64,000 nucleotides of DNA from Takakia lepidozioides. Its lineage: Eukaryota > Plantae > Bryophyta. Below are positions 13,201 to 24,159 of this stretch, piece after piece. The notes beneath the pieces are model-generated. The model saw nothing but the letters and a program-made list of their open reading frames with translations. It did not search any database and was not told the origin of the DNA. Both the position numbers and the translations under genes were made by a program. The stretch lies in contig CM060732.1 of the NCBI GenBank assembly GCA_030704615.1, positions 46,624,001 through 46,688,000 of the forward strand, read 5' to 3'. Each line of letters begins with the position of its first letter. The first letter of the stretch is position 1.

Positions 13201-14885
13201 AGTTACAATATCCCGCTACCAATGAGTTCAATGCATATCCTTGTCACATTGGCAATATCATGTCAAAGTCACTCCCAACTAGATTCACTCAACAACTAAC
13301 TTGCAGAATTCAACATGAAAATTGAGGGCCGATTCTGATAAGAGGGGAAAACAGGGTGAAATGTGTTGAAGAAGGTGCCTTCATTAGCACTGCCTGATTT
13401 TATCAATTGTTCCGCTGCTGCTACGGCTTCCAGTTGACCATCTACCCATGCAGGTTTTTTGTATCTATCCTTCCACGGGGAATCATAGGTAATGTGGAGC
13501 TTGAAATCCAGCCCTCTTGGATGAATCTGGACTCACACTCTATCTGTGCTCCTTCAGCTATCTATGCCTCTGCACAAAATCATGCATACATCTTTGCCTT
13601 CTTGCTAGCAGCTGACAATGACAGCCTAGAATTGTTCCAGCAAACACCCCCAACCCTACTTATCAACGAGCAACGAGCTAACTTACAGAATTCAACATGC
13701 ATCTCAGGGCCGAGTCTGGTGAGAGGGCAAAACATACTGAAATAGGTCGAAGAAGAAGGTGCCCTTGCGACATTGTCCTTGACCTTGTGTCATGACCCAA
13801 CTGAAATGAATCACACGGCAAATCCCTAGCATTGCCAAAGGAAGGAAAGTTATATGGGCCCAGGTTTCTGTGCAAGGAAGATTGTTACCGTGCGAAGCCC
13901 AACCACTTCAACTTCCTCGCCAACCTTAATTATCCCCTGTTCTACACGCCCTGTGACCACTGTTCCACGCCCCTGTACATTCACATACCCACATGTAGAC
14001 CAGCATCATCAGCGAAGGAGGGCACCTAATTACATCATGTCGACTACATTTCATCTTCACACTTTCTTTCTGTCTCTTCAAATATCAAGATTGTCCACAT
14101 TCATCAATGTCTTGCCAAAGCACAGATGATAGAGAAAACACAGAATAATTTCAAAGCATACACTGCAGGACTGTGCCATTCCAGAGTGTTATAGAATACG
14201 GACTACATGTTTGCCTATGCATGTCCAAAAGAAGGCACACATTACATTACATAGATCAAAGTGAAGATCTAGACTTCTTACCGTATTTGTTTGCTGAAGA
14301 AGGACTTGGAACATTGGGTGTCCAAGTTTACGTACCACTGGATACAAAGCACCAGCAAAACTCTATAAGGCACTTCAAACACTATCCAAGTTGAGAATCT
14401 CTTTCTATGAGTTATCGCACGCGGCTTCAAACAAATAGTCGCAGCTGCTCAGTGCTAATCTGATAAGAATGATTGATCATCATGTTGGCCAGGGAGGTCT
14501 ACAGATTAGAATAACACTGTAGAAAGCTGGCAAACCAAAACCATGATAAGCTTTATAACATCCATGAAAGTCCAACAGTAAAGCAGAAACCAGACCAAAA
14601 TCGCTGCAGGGAGAGAAAAAAAACAAACTGGATGAGTCCACATGGACCACAGGTCCTATAGGACAAAATAAAATAACAAGAAAAGCCCATCAATCAGTTG
14701 TATTCAAGAGAAAAGAGAGAGAGTGTGTGGAGCAAACAATCTCGTTGAACAGCTGACCTTGGGTATCAAAGCATCAGAAGGTCCGGAGCTAGACTTCGAG
14801 CTGTCGGAGCCCATTTATCTCCCACCCCAAGCGCTGACAAAACCGACTCTCTCTGACTGAGCTTTCCGCAGACGTTAGAAAATAC

Positions 14886-14925
14886 CATTTCATTTCATTT
14901 CATTTCATTTCATTTCATTTCATTT
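14886..14925 (+). repeat. (CATTT)n microsatellite
   Basis: About 8 tandem CATTT units. Confidence 0.9.
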
Positions 14926-15319
14926 CTCTACCTGAAGTTCATCAATATTTGAGTGGTCACTTCGAACCAGACAATCAAAGACAGGAGGTGAAAATTGAAA
15001 GCACTTGATCGACATATCTGCACATCCATATGATATTCCTGTTTGTGAGTGCTTGTATCCAGTTTATCCTCGAAAACATCAACACAAGCATCCAAAAACT
15101 GAGTCATCCCACCTACAGCCAAACAAGATGACCACAGTGCAGCTGAGCGAGCAAAGATTGAAACACGACATGCTAAGACCAAGCTGACTCTCCGAAGAAC
15201 CTTGTAAACAGCAGGAAGAATACCAAATCATGGTACTAACAGTCGCCGAGAGCCCACATTTGCAGGATGGACAAACTTCTTCACATCGTACATTGAGAAA
15301 AAGCCACACCTTGAGACTG

Positions 15320-15420
15320 CGGTTGTCCATCGTGAAGGTGCCCAGCCGCTTCCCATAGTAGTCGATGGCCACATTGTGCACCACATCTTCATGCCTCGAT
15401 TCTAGGGTTTGAGTCCCTGT
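15320..15420 (-). pseudogene. Captured SEC13-like N-terminal WD40 fragment
   Basis: TQTLESRHEDVVHNVAIDYYGKRLGT matches the SEC13 start (H.D.VHD..MDYYGKRLAT). Confidence 0.75.
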
Positions 15421-16584
15421 CTGCCCCCTATCCCACCAGCTCCGCTCGTCGTCTCTCATGATCAGACTCGACCCTAAAACAAAACAAACATAGCTCCGTC
15501 GATGTCTCTCATGATCAGACTCGACACTAAAAGAAAGCAAACACAGCTCCGTCCTGTTTGTCATCTCTCACGATCAAACTCGACACAAAGAAAACAAACA
15601 GATGGCAGGGGAGACAAAAAAAACGCTAAGTCCCCTCTAACTCATGACTAGATGGATGAATGTAGCAATAGATGGATGAATTTTGGGTTTTCCATCAATA
15701 TATCCATCCATTCATTTGTTTTTCCATGTTTTGGCCATTTTAATTTCATCCATTCATCCAAAATAAATCTTTAAATGAGTTTCACTGTCAGTTCATCCAA
15801 TAGCTGCTAGCTCAAAGTTTGCATTATCATTCGTTCCTACGTTCATCCAATAGTTGCCAGCAAGGCATTTGTTGTATCATTCGTTCATACATTCATCCAA
15901 TGCACAAAAGTTATGTTTGATATGTTCATCCAATAGTTGCCAGCAAGGCATTTGTGTATCATTCGATGAGATAATACAGTTGCTTTGTTTCACTAACCTT
16001 AACCAGCAGTCGATTAGTTTTACTGTTAATTTGCTGGATTAGTGAAACAGTAGTTAAATATTTTTACTACTTATTATCCTCATACTTAATACTGCAACCT
16101 AACAACCCTAAACTCGAGCACATTCATCCTAGTTCACTTATCCTAATTCATCCTAATCATTCATTCATCCATTCATTCATTCATTCACATGGTGTGGTTT
16201 AGTGCCCGCGAGCAATGATATGTCGACACGTCGTCATTTGCAATCACATCCTACATCTGTTTCATCCATTTGCATCGTCCACGTAGACACTCCTTGGGCA
16301 ACCGGCAATCGCCACGTGCAGTCGTGAATACTGGCAGTCATACATTCCCATGCCCACGTCATCCTGTTGCAGTTTTGGCCATGACTTCTAGTCGTATCTA
16401 CCATCTTCCCCTATCTGGTCAAACGTGTTTGACCACAGATCCTGACGTGGTGGAGGTACAAGGTGGCATATACGACTTCTGGTGGTCACAATTGGCAACC
16501 AGGACTGCCCCCTTGCATTTTGTAGATATATATGCTACGACTGGGCAAATGTGGCAGACGTTAAAGCCGAGATCTGTTGTAGTG

Positions 16585-18340
16585 CAAGAAGAGAGCGAAC
16601 ATGTCTTTTCCATTGGACGCAGTCCCTTGAGAAACATACAAAGGCAGACATCAAACCGGAAATGCAGCCTACTCATCTTAGGCTATGCAAACAGTACAAA
16701 GATGCCAAAAGCATGGTAGAGGCGAATACATTATTCCAGACAATTCGTGCCTGGTGGTTCTCATTTGGGGCTGCATCAAAAGACAGTATGAGAGCGCTAG
16801 AAGACTGGCTGGCATTTTGGCACTTCCGGTACAGACAATGGGGAGCATGCATGACATCGGTACGTGAATTTGAGAGCATGCGAATTTCGTTGGTTTTGTA
16901 TATATTTGCAATCATGTGTGTTGTGGTGGGGTGTGCCTGTTCTCTATTTGATGTATGTTTTCCCATTCTGTAGCACTTGTCAATTGAAGAGATGGCGGAC
17001 ATGCCCTCTTGCAATCTGGCAGAGACAGTGCACAATGTATGGTTGCAGCAATCTGGAAAGCGGGGCCGGTGGCCACGACAGATGATTTGATTTAAACTCT
17101 ACTACAACAGACGAGATATCGGGAGTTCTTGCGGGGTGGCGTTGGTGGCAAGGGTCCAGACAAGTCTGAGTTGATGTTGCGAGCAGCAAGAAGATCAGGG
17201 GATCCAAACAAGATTGCCAGGGCTGTCAGTATGTGTGCGGAAGGAACTCCACTGGTGCGTTCCCCATCTGGAGTTCAAAGAGAGATTCGGGTCTTGTAAA
17301 CGGAAATTGAGCACCCCTCCTGGGTTGGATGCGGACTCCCACTGGCCAGACATGGACAACTTCTCCATGCCGCGTGTTCCATTTCATCAGAGGTTCGTTT
17401 CCAGCATATCCAGTGCAGACGATCCTTTGTCACAAGCCAAAGGCAGCCATCTCCCATAGTGAATGCAATGGGGCAAGAGACCAACGTGCTCCCCCCCTGT
17501 GGTGGAGTCCATGTGCCCCGACGAAGTCTGGCACATAGAACGCACCACTGTTGGCTCTCCAGTGAAGTGCACGGCAATCAGAGCAACCAATCGTGAGAAA
17601 TGCAAGTCCCTCATATCCAGAGACAAGGTCCGCACTCCGGCTCCGACCTTCACTGGTTTGTTTTGCCTTACGGGCAAGCCGAGGCAAAGAACCACAAATT
17701 CTAGTTCTGCCCTGACGACTGTGGTAGGTGCATGCGTGGGACTGTGCGACCATCGGTTGTCATAAAGCCTCCTCCACCAAGCGTTTGGCCTGTGAAGGTG
17801 GGGACACATCTCACAACTCAGGAGATTGTCATGTTGGAGGAGGCAGGCTTCACCCTTCAACGAGCCCCCTCTGTACATGCAAGTGCTTCTACTTCAGCAA
17901 GTTCTCGAGTGCCACCACCCAACGTTGATGCATGGCCAACAAAACGAAATGGGAAGCTGGTTCGTCGTTTCCCTCCGACTGCCGAACACTTCGGCAAGGT
18001 GGAATCCGCTCGAATGCTTCAAGGTCGTGTTACAGGCACTATGGAAGTTCCACATCCCGGGTATGGACGAATCTACACTATGATGACCTCCCCATCCGAT
18101 ATGCACGACCGGTTGTACGACATCATAGTTTCAAATTTCCCCAATTGCACTTGTCCTGATTTTGTTGGCATGCTTACAACAAGTTTGGGAAAGACAGGAA
18201 AATTTATACCCTGCAAGCATCTATATTTTATCTTCTTGAACAGAATGGTTTGTGATCCCAGACGCGACATCTTCATTCACCAGGCCACCATGAGTTTCAA
18301 CGAGGTGGATACACTTATGCAGTGGGATATGAGCACATAA
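16585..18340 (+). pseudogene. MULE-like transposase, 3' part with intron and C-terminal SWIM zinc finger
   Basis: RERTCLFHWTQSL (CxxH motif); GT..AG intron 16860-16973; CNLAETVHN (catalytic E motif); FPNCTCPDF...IPCKHLYFIF (SWIM). Confidence 0.8.
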
Positions 18341-18849
18341 CATCCTCTTCACTTTAGTCATCTGCAAATTCCATTACTGGATTTCAGAAGAGTTGAAATT
18401 TGAACTTGATGTCCCTTTGTATATTTGGTGCCAATGCAGTCTCCAATTATGTTGTGCAATGTGTGCCATTTCTTTCTTGTGTATAGTCGTTCGAAAATAA
18501 ATGGAATGGATGCGAATGCTTTCAAAAGTCGTTCCTGCATTTTAATTTTTGGTGTTTTGGATGAATGAATGCCACGGCTATAGGCCCCTCGGCTATAGGT
18601 GCTATATATTTATGATGACATGGCATTTGGCAAGTTGTCCAGATGCCATGTCATTCTGACGACTGCCACGTCAGACGGATAACAACATGTCAGCAGGCCC
18701 TCGCCACGTCAGCCTTACGCTCGCACCACGTCAACGTGACCCCACGTTCACGCCACATCAGCTGGTGTGAGCCTGCGCTCACGCCACATCACCATCGCGT
18801 GAGCGTACACTCTCGCGCTCACGCTCACGCGGAAGTCACGTCCGGCTTA

Positions 18850-20035
18850 GATGGGCCTCGACATAGGAGACGCACTTAGAGACATAGGAAATTACACTTG
18901 GTCTTAGATTTCAATTCTTCACATATGGGCCAAACGGCATAGGCTACACTAGAGGTCGCACTTGGACCTCGACATAGGAGCCACACTTGGATACATAGGG
19001 GATTGCACTTGGACTTAGGTGACACTTGACAATTGGGCCAACAGCACAAGCTACGCTATCAATATATGAAGCGAGACGTTTGTTTTGTTTTGTTTTGTTT
19101 TGTCACGTTGAGATGTCCCAAACTGCGAGGCCCCAGCCCCGGTGCTTGGTACCGTTGGAAAGCCCTCGACGAGGAGGGGTGCACGGGCTTGCTCTCATAA
19201 TTTTTGGACATGCGGTGTGGGAGATGTGGAATTCCAAGTACTTTTGGTCGCTGGAAAAAAATAGCATAATGGGCATTCCTAGACAATGGTTGGAGCCTCG
19301 ACAGGAGAGATATCAAGGGAAAGGTCTCCGGTTCAAATGTGGTCGTAGGCTCTGTGGAAAAAAATTGATTAGATATGGCTTGCTTCATATATTGATGCAC
19401 TTGGACTTAGATGACATTGGACACTTGGGCCAACGGCATAGGCTACCCAGAAATTCGGGAAAAATAGCAAAGTGGGCTTTTCTGGACAATGATTGGAGCC
19501 TCGATAGGACATATATCAATAATGATTGGATATATTACTACTCAATAAATTCATGAAAAATGAAAAAAAAAAATTGGGCCTTAACGTGGGAGACGAACTT
19601 GGATACATAGGAGATTGCACTTGGGCTTAGATGACACTGGACACTTGGGCCTCTACAGAGAGATGCACTTGGATACATGAATAGAAGATTGCACTTGGGC
19701 TTAAATGGGCCTTGACATAGGAGACGCACTTGCATACATAGGAAATTTCACTTGGTCTTAGGTTTCAATTCTTCACACATATGCCAAAGGCGTAGGCTAC
19801 ACTAGAGGTTGCACTTGGGCCTCAACATAGGAGACGCACTGGGATAGATAGGAAATTGTACTTGGTCTTAGATTTCAATTCTTCACACACATGGGCCAAA
19901 GGCACATGCTACCCTAGAGGTCGCACTTGGGCCTCGACAGACGTAGAAGATCTTACACTTGGGCTTAGATGACGGTGGATCTTTGGGCTTAGATGACACT
20001 GGACACTTGGGCCAGCGGCACAGGCTACCCTAGTA
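18850..20035 (+). repeat. Degenerate tandem array built from GCACTTGGGC(C/T) and ACATAGGAG modules
   Basis: Many recurrences of acataggagacgcacttgg / cacttgggcttagatgacac; longer blocks repeat (cttggtcttagatttcaattcttcac at about 18897, 19751, 19861). Confidence 0.75.
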
Positions 20036-20134
20036 CACTTTATCTCTAATATGAAATAAATGACAATGTTGTCATAATTAACATCGAGATAGACACTCCA
20101 AGTATAAATTATGGTGTCCCTTTAACATCCCAAC

Positions 20135-20417
20135 CAGTGTTTTTTAATCTGGCAAAAAATTGCCAGATTTCGACCTCGAAAATGGGTCAGCTACTTTTTC
20201 TAAGGAATTATGGGAATAAAAATCAAGAAAATCGCCAGAAAGCACCAAAGGTTATCTACCAGGAGCCAGATTCCTACGTGGACCTGTTAAAATATGACAT
20301 CTGCAATGTAGCCTCTTTTCTAGCTCTGTCACCTCGTGATTCTCGCCACAAGGGCGTTGGGTAGAATCTACATGTCGCCCTGCCTGCGATTTTGGAGAAG
20401 TGAAAAAAAAAACACTG
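20135..20417. mobile_element. hAT-type MITE, 283 bp
   Basis: TIR CAGTGTTTTTT...AAAAAACACTG and perfect 8-bp TSD ATCCCAAC (20127-20134 and 20418-20425). Confidence 0.92.
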
Positions 20418-21188
20418 ATCCCAACTGCAAAAGGGGATGATTGAGGCCAACTCGCGAAGAAAAACATGGATGGACGCTCTCGGCGCTCCACGTTTCGCGG
20501 TGAGAGAAGAACTAACGGTCGCTTCGTCTCTCTAGTGAGGTTTCTCCCAGGCTGCTGGACGCTACATGTTGTCATTGCCTGGATTCTCAAGTGGTTTGCG
20601 TATAGCATAGAATTATAATGTTTTTCCCTGTTCTCATAAAACTGGTTTATGTGTGTTTTTCGCGCTTCTGCGTGTTTTTTCGCTCTTCCTAATATCCAAA
20701 ACGAATCATCCCAACCCTCCATGTTTCATTCATCATTTCGTGCGTGCTATCGCCGCCTTCGTCTAATTACTTCGACCTTCCCCCCTCTCAGCAGCCGGCT
20801 ACCATTTATGGTGAGACAAGCGGTCCCTATCACTTCGATTCAAAGTGGTGCCACCTTTGTGAACTGGCTACATTCCAGCTCAAGCTAGACGAAGTATCTC
20901 TCTCGTCTAGTTAATCGAGCTTCACTCCTCCCTTTCCAACTGCCCACTGCTCCTATCTATGTGTTCTAATTCTTGAATTCTGCTTTAGTTTCTAGACAGC
21001 GTGCATTCCTTCTTCACTATCAATGTTTTCTTCTCCAATCATATCTCGGATCGGAGTTTGCTTTTTCTGCTGTTCCCTGTTAGTTCGACCTCCACCGGCG
21101 TCCCCTCCGGTGCCTTCCGTTCTGACTCTAACTACATCTGAGTGCTAAGTCTCTCTCCCTCTACCCCGTCCCTCTTGCCTTCCTTCCA

Positions 21189-22552
21189 ATGGGTCCCAGC
21201 TACATGTCTCACCAGCGATCCAAATCCTCAGTTTGGCCCCGTCGCCACCAAGGCCAGCAGAGCTCGCGGCTTCCTGGTGTGTCCCAGCCATCCTCAAGCT
21301 TCGGCTTCTTCATGGCCCACCAGGCAAGATCCGTAGGAGCTCGGCAAATTTATAGGCCAAAGCAGCTCCCTCACCCCACGGCTCCTCTCCCTCCCCACGT
21401 CCTTCCCAAGGTGGTAGGATCCTCATCCGTTCCGGCGCAGTTCATCTCCACGCCAGAGCTGGAGGAAGTGGAGTTCAGCCCTGACCACCTCGAAGAGCAA
21501 GTATCTATGAACAAGGATCTCCCCCTCATCAAGTTGGACATCCCGGATCTGCACAGCAGAATCACAGGTATGGAAGAATCTGGTATCTTGCTACATTTCC
21601 CTGGTAGAAAGGTGTCGCGTTCTTACGTAAGAGATTGGGCGACTCGGTACTTTGGGGGTCACGGCGACCTCACGCATCACTTCTGCATAGCCAAAGGGCG
21701 TGGTTTCTTTTCTATCATGTTTGAATCTCCTGCAGCTGCTGATAAGGCCCTGCAGTTCAACCCGCATCAAAGGGGATTTAACGTGAATATTTTCCTGTGG
21801 TCCTCCAAGCTCGGAAACAAAAACGACAAGTTGTGGGGTCCTAGAATTGTTTCCATTCCGTTTATACCGGATCAGTACCTGGTCAACCTGCCAGACATAG
21901 CCAATCATTTCGGCTCTTACCTGGGCTGTCTAGGGGTCTTTGATCCCCTCATGAATACTGATACCCTCTGGAAAAACCCGGCGTGGAAATCTGCCACCAT
22001 TGCTACCAAGATGAATGAAAACGGGTGCCCCAAAATGGTGCTTATGATGCCTTATGAGGCGGTTCTGCCAGATTATGTGCGTCTGCCAAATGACTTGGAA
22101 GGGAACTACTACACGATTAGGCTGATAGAGGATGTCTCTTATTCAGCCTGCTTCGGCTGTGGCAAGCAAGGTCACATCAAAATCAACTGCCCCCTTTCCA
22201 AAAGGAAAAGATCCCCTAGTGTTCTGCACAATGTCCACCCCTCCTCCAATGATCAATTCAATTCGGTCTCCTCAACCCCTACCCCGCCTCCCCCTCCCCA
22301 TGTCCCTCCATTTCCCTCCCTCTCGCTTCTGTCTCCTCCCCTTTCTCTATCAGCAAATTTGCTCCAGTTTAGCCCGGTTCACATTGCAAAAAAACAAAAA
22401 GATCCTATGGACCCAATGCATCTAGAGGCCAACTTCTCAATGCCGGTCCCTAATGGTGTGGAGATGCCCCCCCGCCCTGTCACTGTGCATGCAACTTGCC
22501 ATGGGAGTCCTTCTCCTCCGGTTCAAGACACTGCAGGGTGCGATCCCCCCAA
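21189..22552 (+). CDS. L1-clade LINE ORF1-like protein, truncated by the assembly gap
   Basis: RRM-like GRGFFSIMFESPAAADKAL segment, IANHFG, CFGCGKQGHIKINC zinc knuckle, Pro-rich tail. Pyrimidine-rich 5' leader. No stop before the gap. Confidence 0.75.
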
Positions 22553-23052
22553 NNNNNNNNNNNNNNNNNNNNNNNNNNNNNNNNNNNNNNNNNNNNNNNN
22601 NNNNNNNNNNNNNNNNNNNNNNNNNNNNNNNNNNNNNNNNNNNNNNNNNNNNNNNNNNNNNNNNNNNNNNNNNNNNNNNNNNNNNNNNNNNNNNNNNNNN
22701 NNNNNNNNNNNNNNNNNNNNNNNNNNNNNNNNNNNNNNNNNNNNNNNNNNNNNNNNNNNNNNNNNNNNNNNNNNNNNNNNNNNNNNNNNNNNNNNNNNNN
22801 NNNNNNNNNNNNNNNNNNNNNNNNNNNNNNNNNNNNNNNNNNNNNNNNNNNNNNNNNNNNNNNNNNNNNNNNNNNNNNNNNNNNNNNNNNNNNNNNNNNN
22901 NNNNNNNNNNNNNNNNNNNNNNNNNNNNNNNNNNNNNNNNNNNNNNNNNNNNNNNNNNNNNNNNNNNNNNNNNNNNNNNNNNNNNNNNNNNNNNNNNNNN
23001 NNNNNNNNNNNNNNNNNNNNNNNNNNNNNNNNNNNNNNNNNNNNNNNNNNNN
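22553..23052. other. Assembly gap (500 N)
   Basis: Run of N. The round size suggests a placeholder. Confidence 0.99.
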
Positions 23053-23205
23053 TGTATAGGCAGTGCAGAGTCCAGCTCGTCAAAAAAAAAAAAAAAACCC
23101 GTCCACTCGCCTCAGGTTCCGTGCATTACAGAAAAAAACAGGAAGGATCCCCCAACGAAAGACACAAAGGGAAACAAACATAAGAAGGAAATTTTTTTTT
23201 TTATC

Positions 23206-23834
23206 TTAAGAAGGACCAGAAAGGATCTCACCATTTAGTCCATGGACGGAAAGTGGTTCGCAGGAAGGCAACCTTCGGGTATTTGGCTGAAGGTTAGCCT
23301 TCTCCAAATTCGTGTGCGCCTTCACTGCTTCCACCGCTGTAATTCTCTTGGTGCTATTTCTTGTCTTAGTTTTTCGTGGCGGCATTGTCCCACGACATTG
23401 TTCACGTGGATCCATTGAGCAGGATCTGACGGGTTGTACTCCCAACGTTTTGACCAGCAGTCCCTGTACCTCTGAAAGTCTGAGGGTTACCTCCTTTCTC
23501 GTCTCCACCACTCCACCTTCACTTTCTTAATTAGGATCTTCCCCTTTCTCGGACGACATCTGAAATTGCCATCCCATCCAGATCGGGCACGTCGTTGGGT
23601 CATGAGGGCGAACGAGCGTATCATTGGACGCTCGCACCTAGGGCCCATTAAAGTCTGGAACTTCATCCTCATCTTTCATATCTTCCACTATCTGTGGCTG
23701 GATGCCATCCCTCCGATGGTTTGAGGACCAATTTGTTTTTGGCCAGAATCCCTCAAGAAGCTGAATACGATTCGGAATTTCCTGCATTGGCTTATCAAGT
23801 TCGGCGAGAATATTTCCCCAGTATTGGTCGTATT
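23206..23834 (-). pseudogene. Sola-like transposase, 3' part (continuation of 48310-50854)
   Basis: Removing 23835-48309 and one TATT gives in-frame MLLDDHYRGVME*YDQYWGNILAELDKPMQEIPNRIQLLEGFWPKTNW. Confidence 0.7.
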
Positions 23835-24143
23835 TGTTCAGTTATTTACCACTAGTGTGAAGTTAGCTAGGAATAGCTAGCTTTATATATTGACATTTGG
23901 GATTGACCCAAGTGTCAATCCAGGGGCCATACATGTTTGGGCACCTGGCGTTGTTATCTTCACGGCAGATCGCGGTGGGCTCATCTTTCTCGAGTTGAGC
24001 CTCACGCGTCTAGCTATGCGCCGAGTGTGGATTTCCCTGGCGTGGGGTTCACTTGGCTCGACTTAATATATGAGTGATGTTTTCATGTGCGGGTGTGTGA
24101 GTTTGAGAGAGCTTGTATGCTTGTATCATTCTTTTCCTTATCA
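23835..24143 (+). repeat. M1 terminal repeat B1
   Basis: Direct repeat of 47721-48035; TGTTCAG...CCTTATCA; TATA-like TTTATATA at about 23882, followed by hairpin TGACATTTGGG..CCCAAGTGTCA. Confidence 0.9.
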
Positions 24144-24159
24144 CTCGAGAAAGATGAGC
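24144..24159 (+). promoter_or_regulatory. Putative self-priming PBS
   Basis: CTCGAGAAAGATGAGC abuts the repeat end and is the exact reverse complement of GCTCATCTTTCTCGAG at 23979-23994. No TGG tRNA site is present. Confidence 0.75.

Larger units (their letters stand above)
11209..16584. mobile_element. Non-autonomous CACTA element carrying captured gene fragments (Pack-CACTA-like)
   Basis: Left TIR CAATACAACAGATCCGACTTTTACGTCTG vs reverse complement of right end CACTACAACAGATCTCGGCTTTAACGTCTG. 3-bp TSD CAG/CAA. Subterminal ACGACTG/CAGTCGT repeats. Removal restores the transposase frame. Confidence 0.88.

Noticed and set aside
15650-16200. TGGATGAA/TTCATCCA motif clusters (also 6675-6810)
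   Set aside because: Low-complexity dispersed motif. No boundaries or function can be supported.
22453-23238. ORFs spanning the N run, including the 664-aa length given for LINE ORF1
   Set aside because: Artefacts of translating N. Sequence after the gap appears to belong to a different element.
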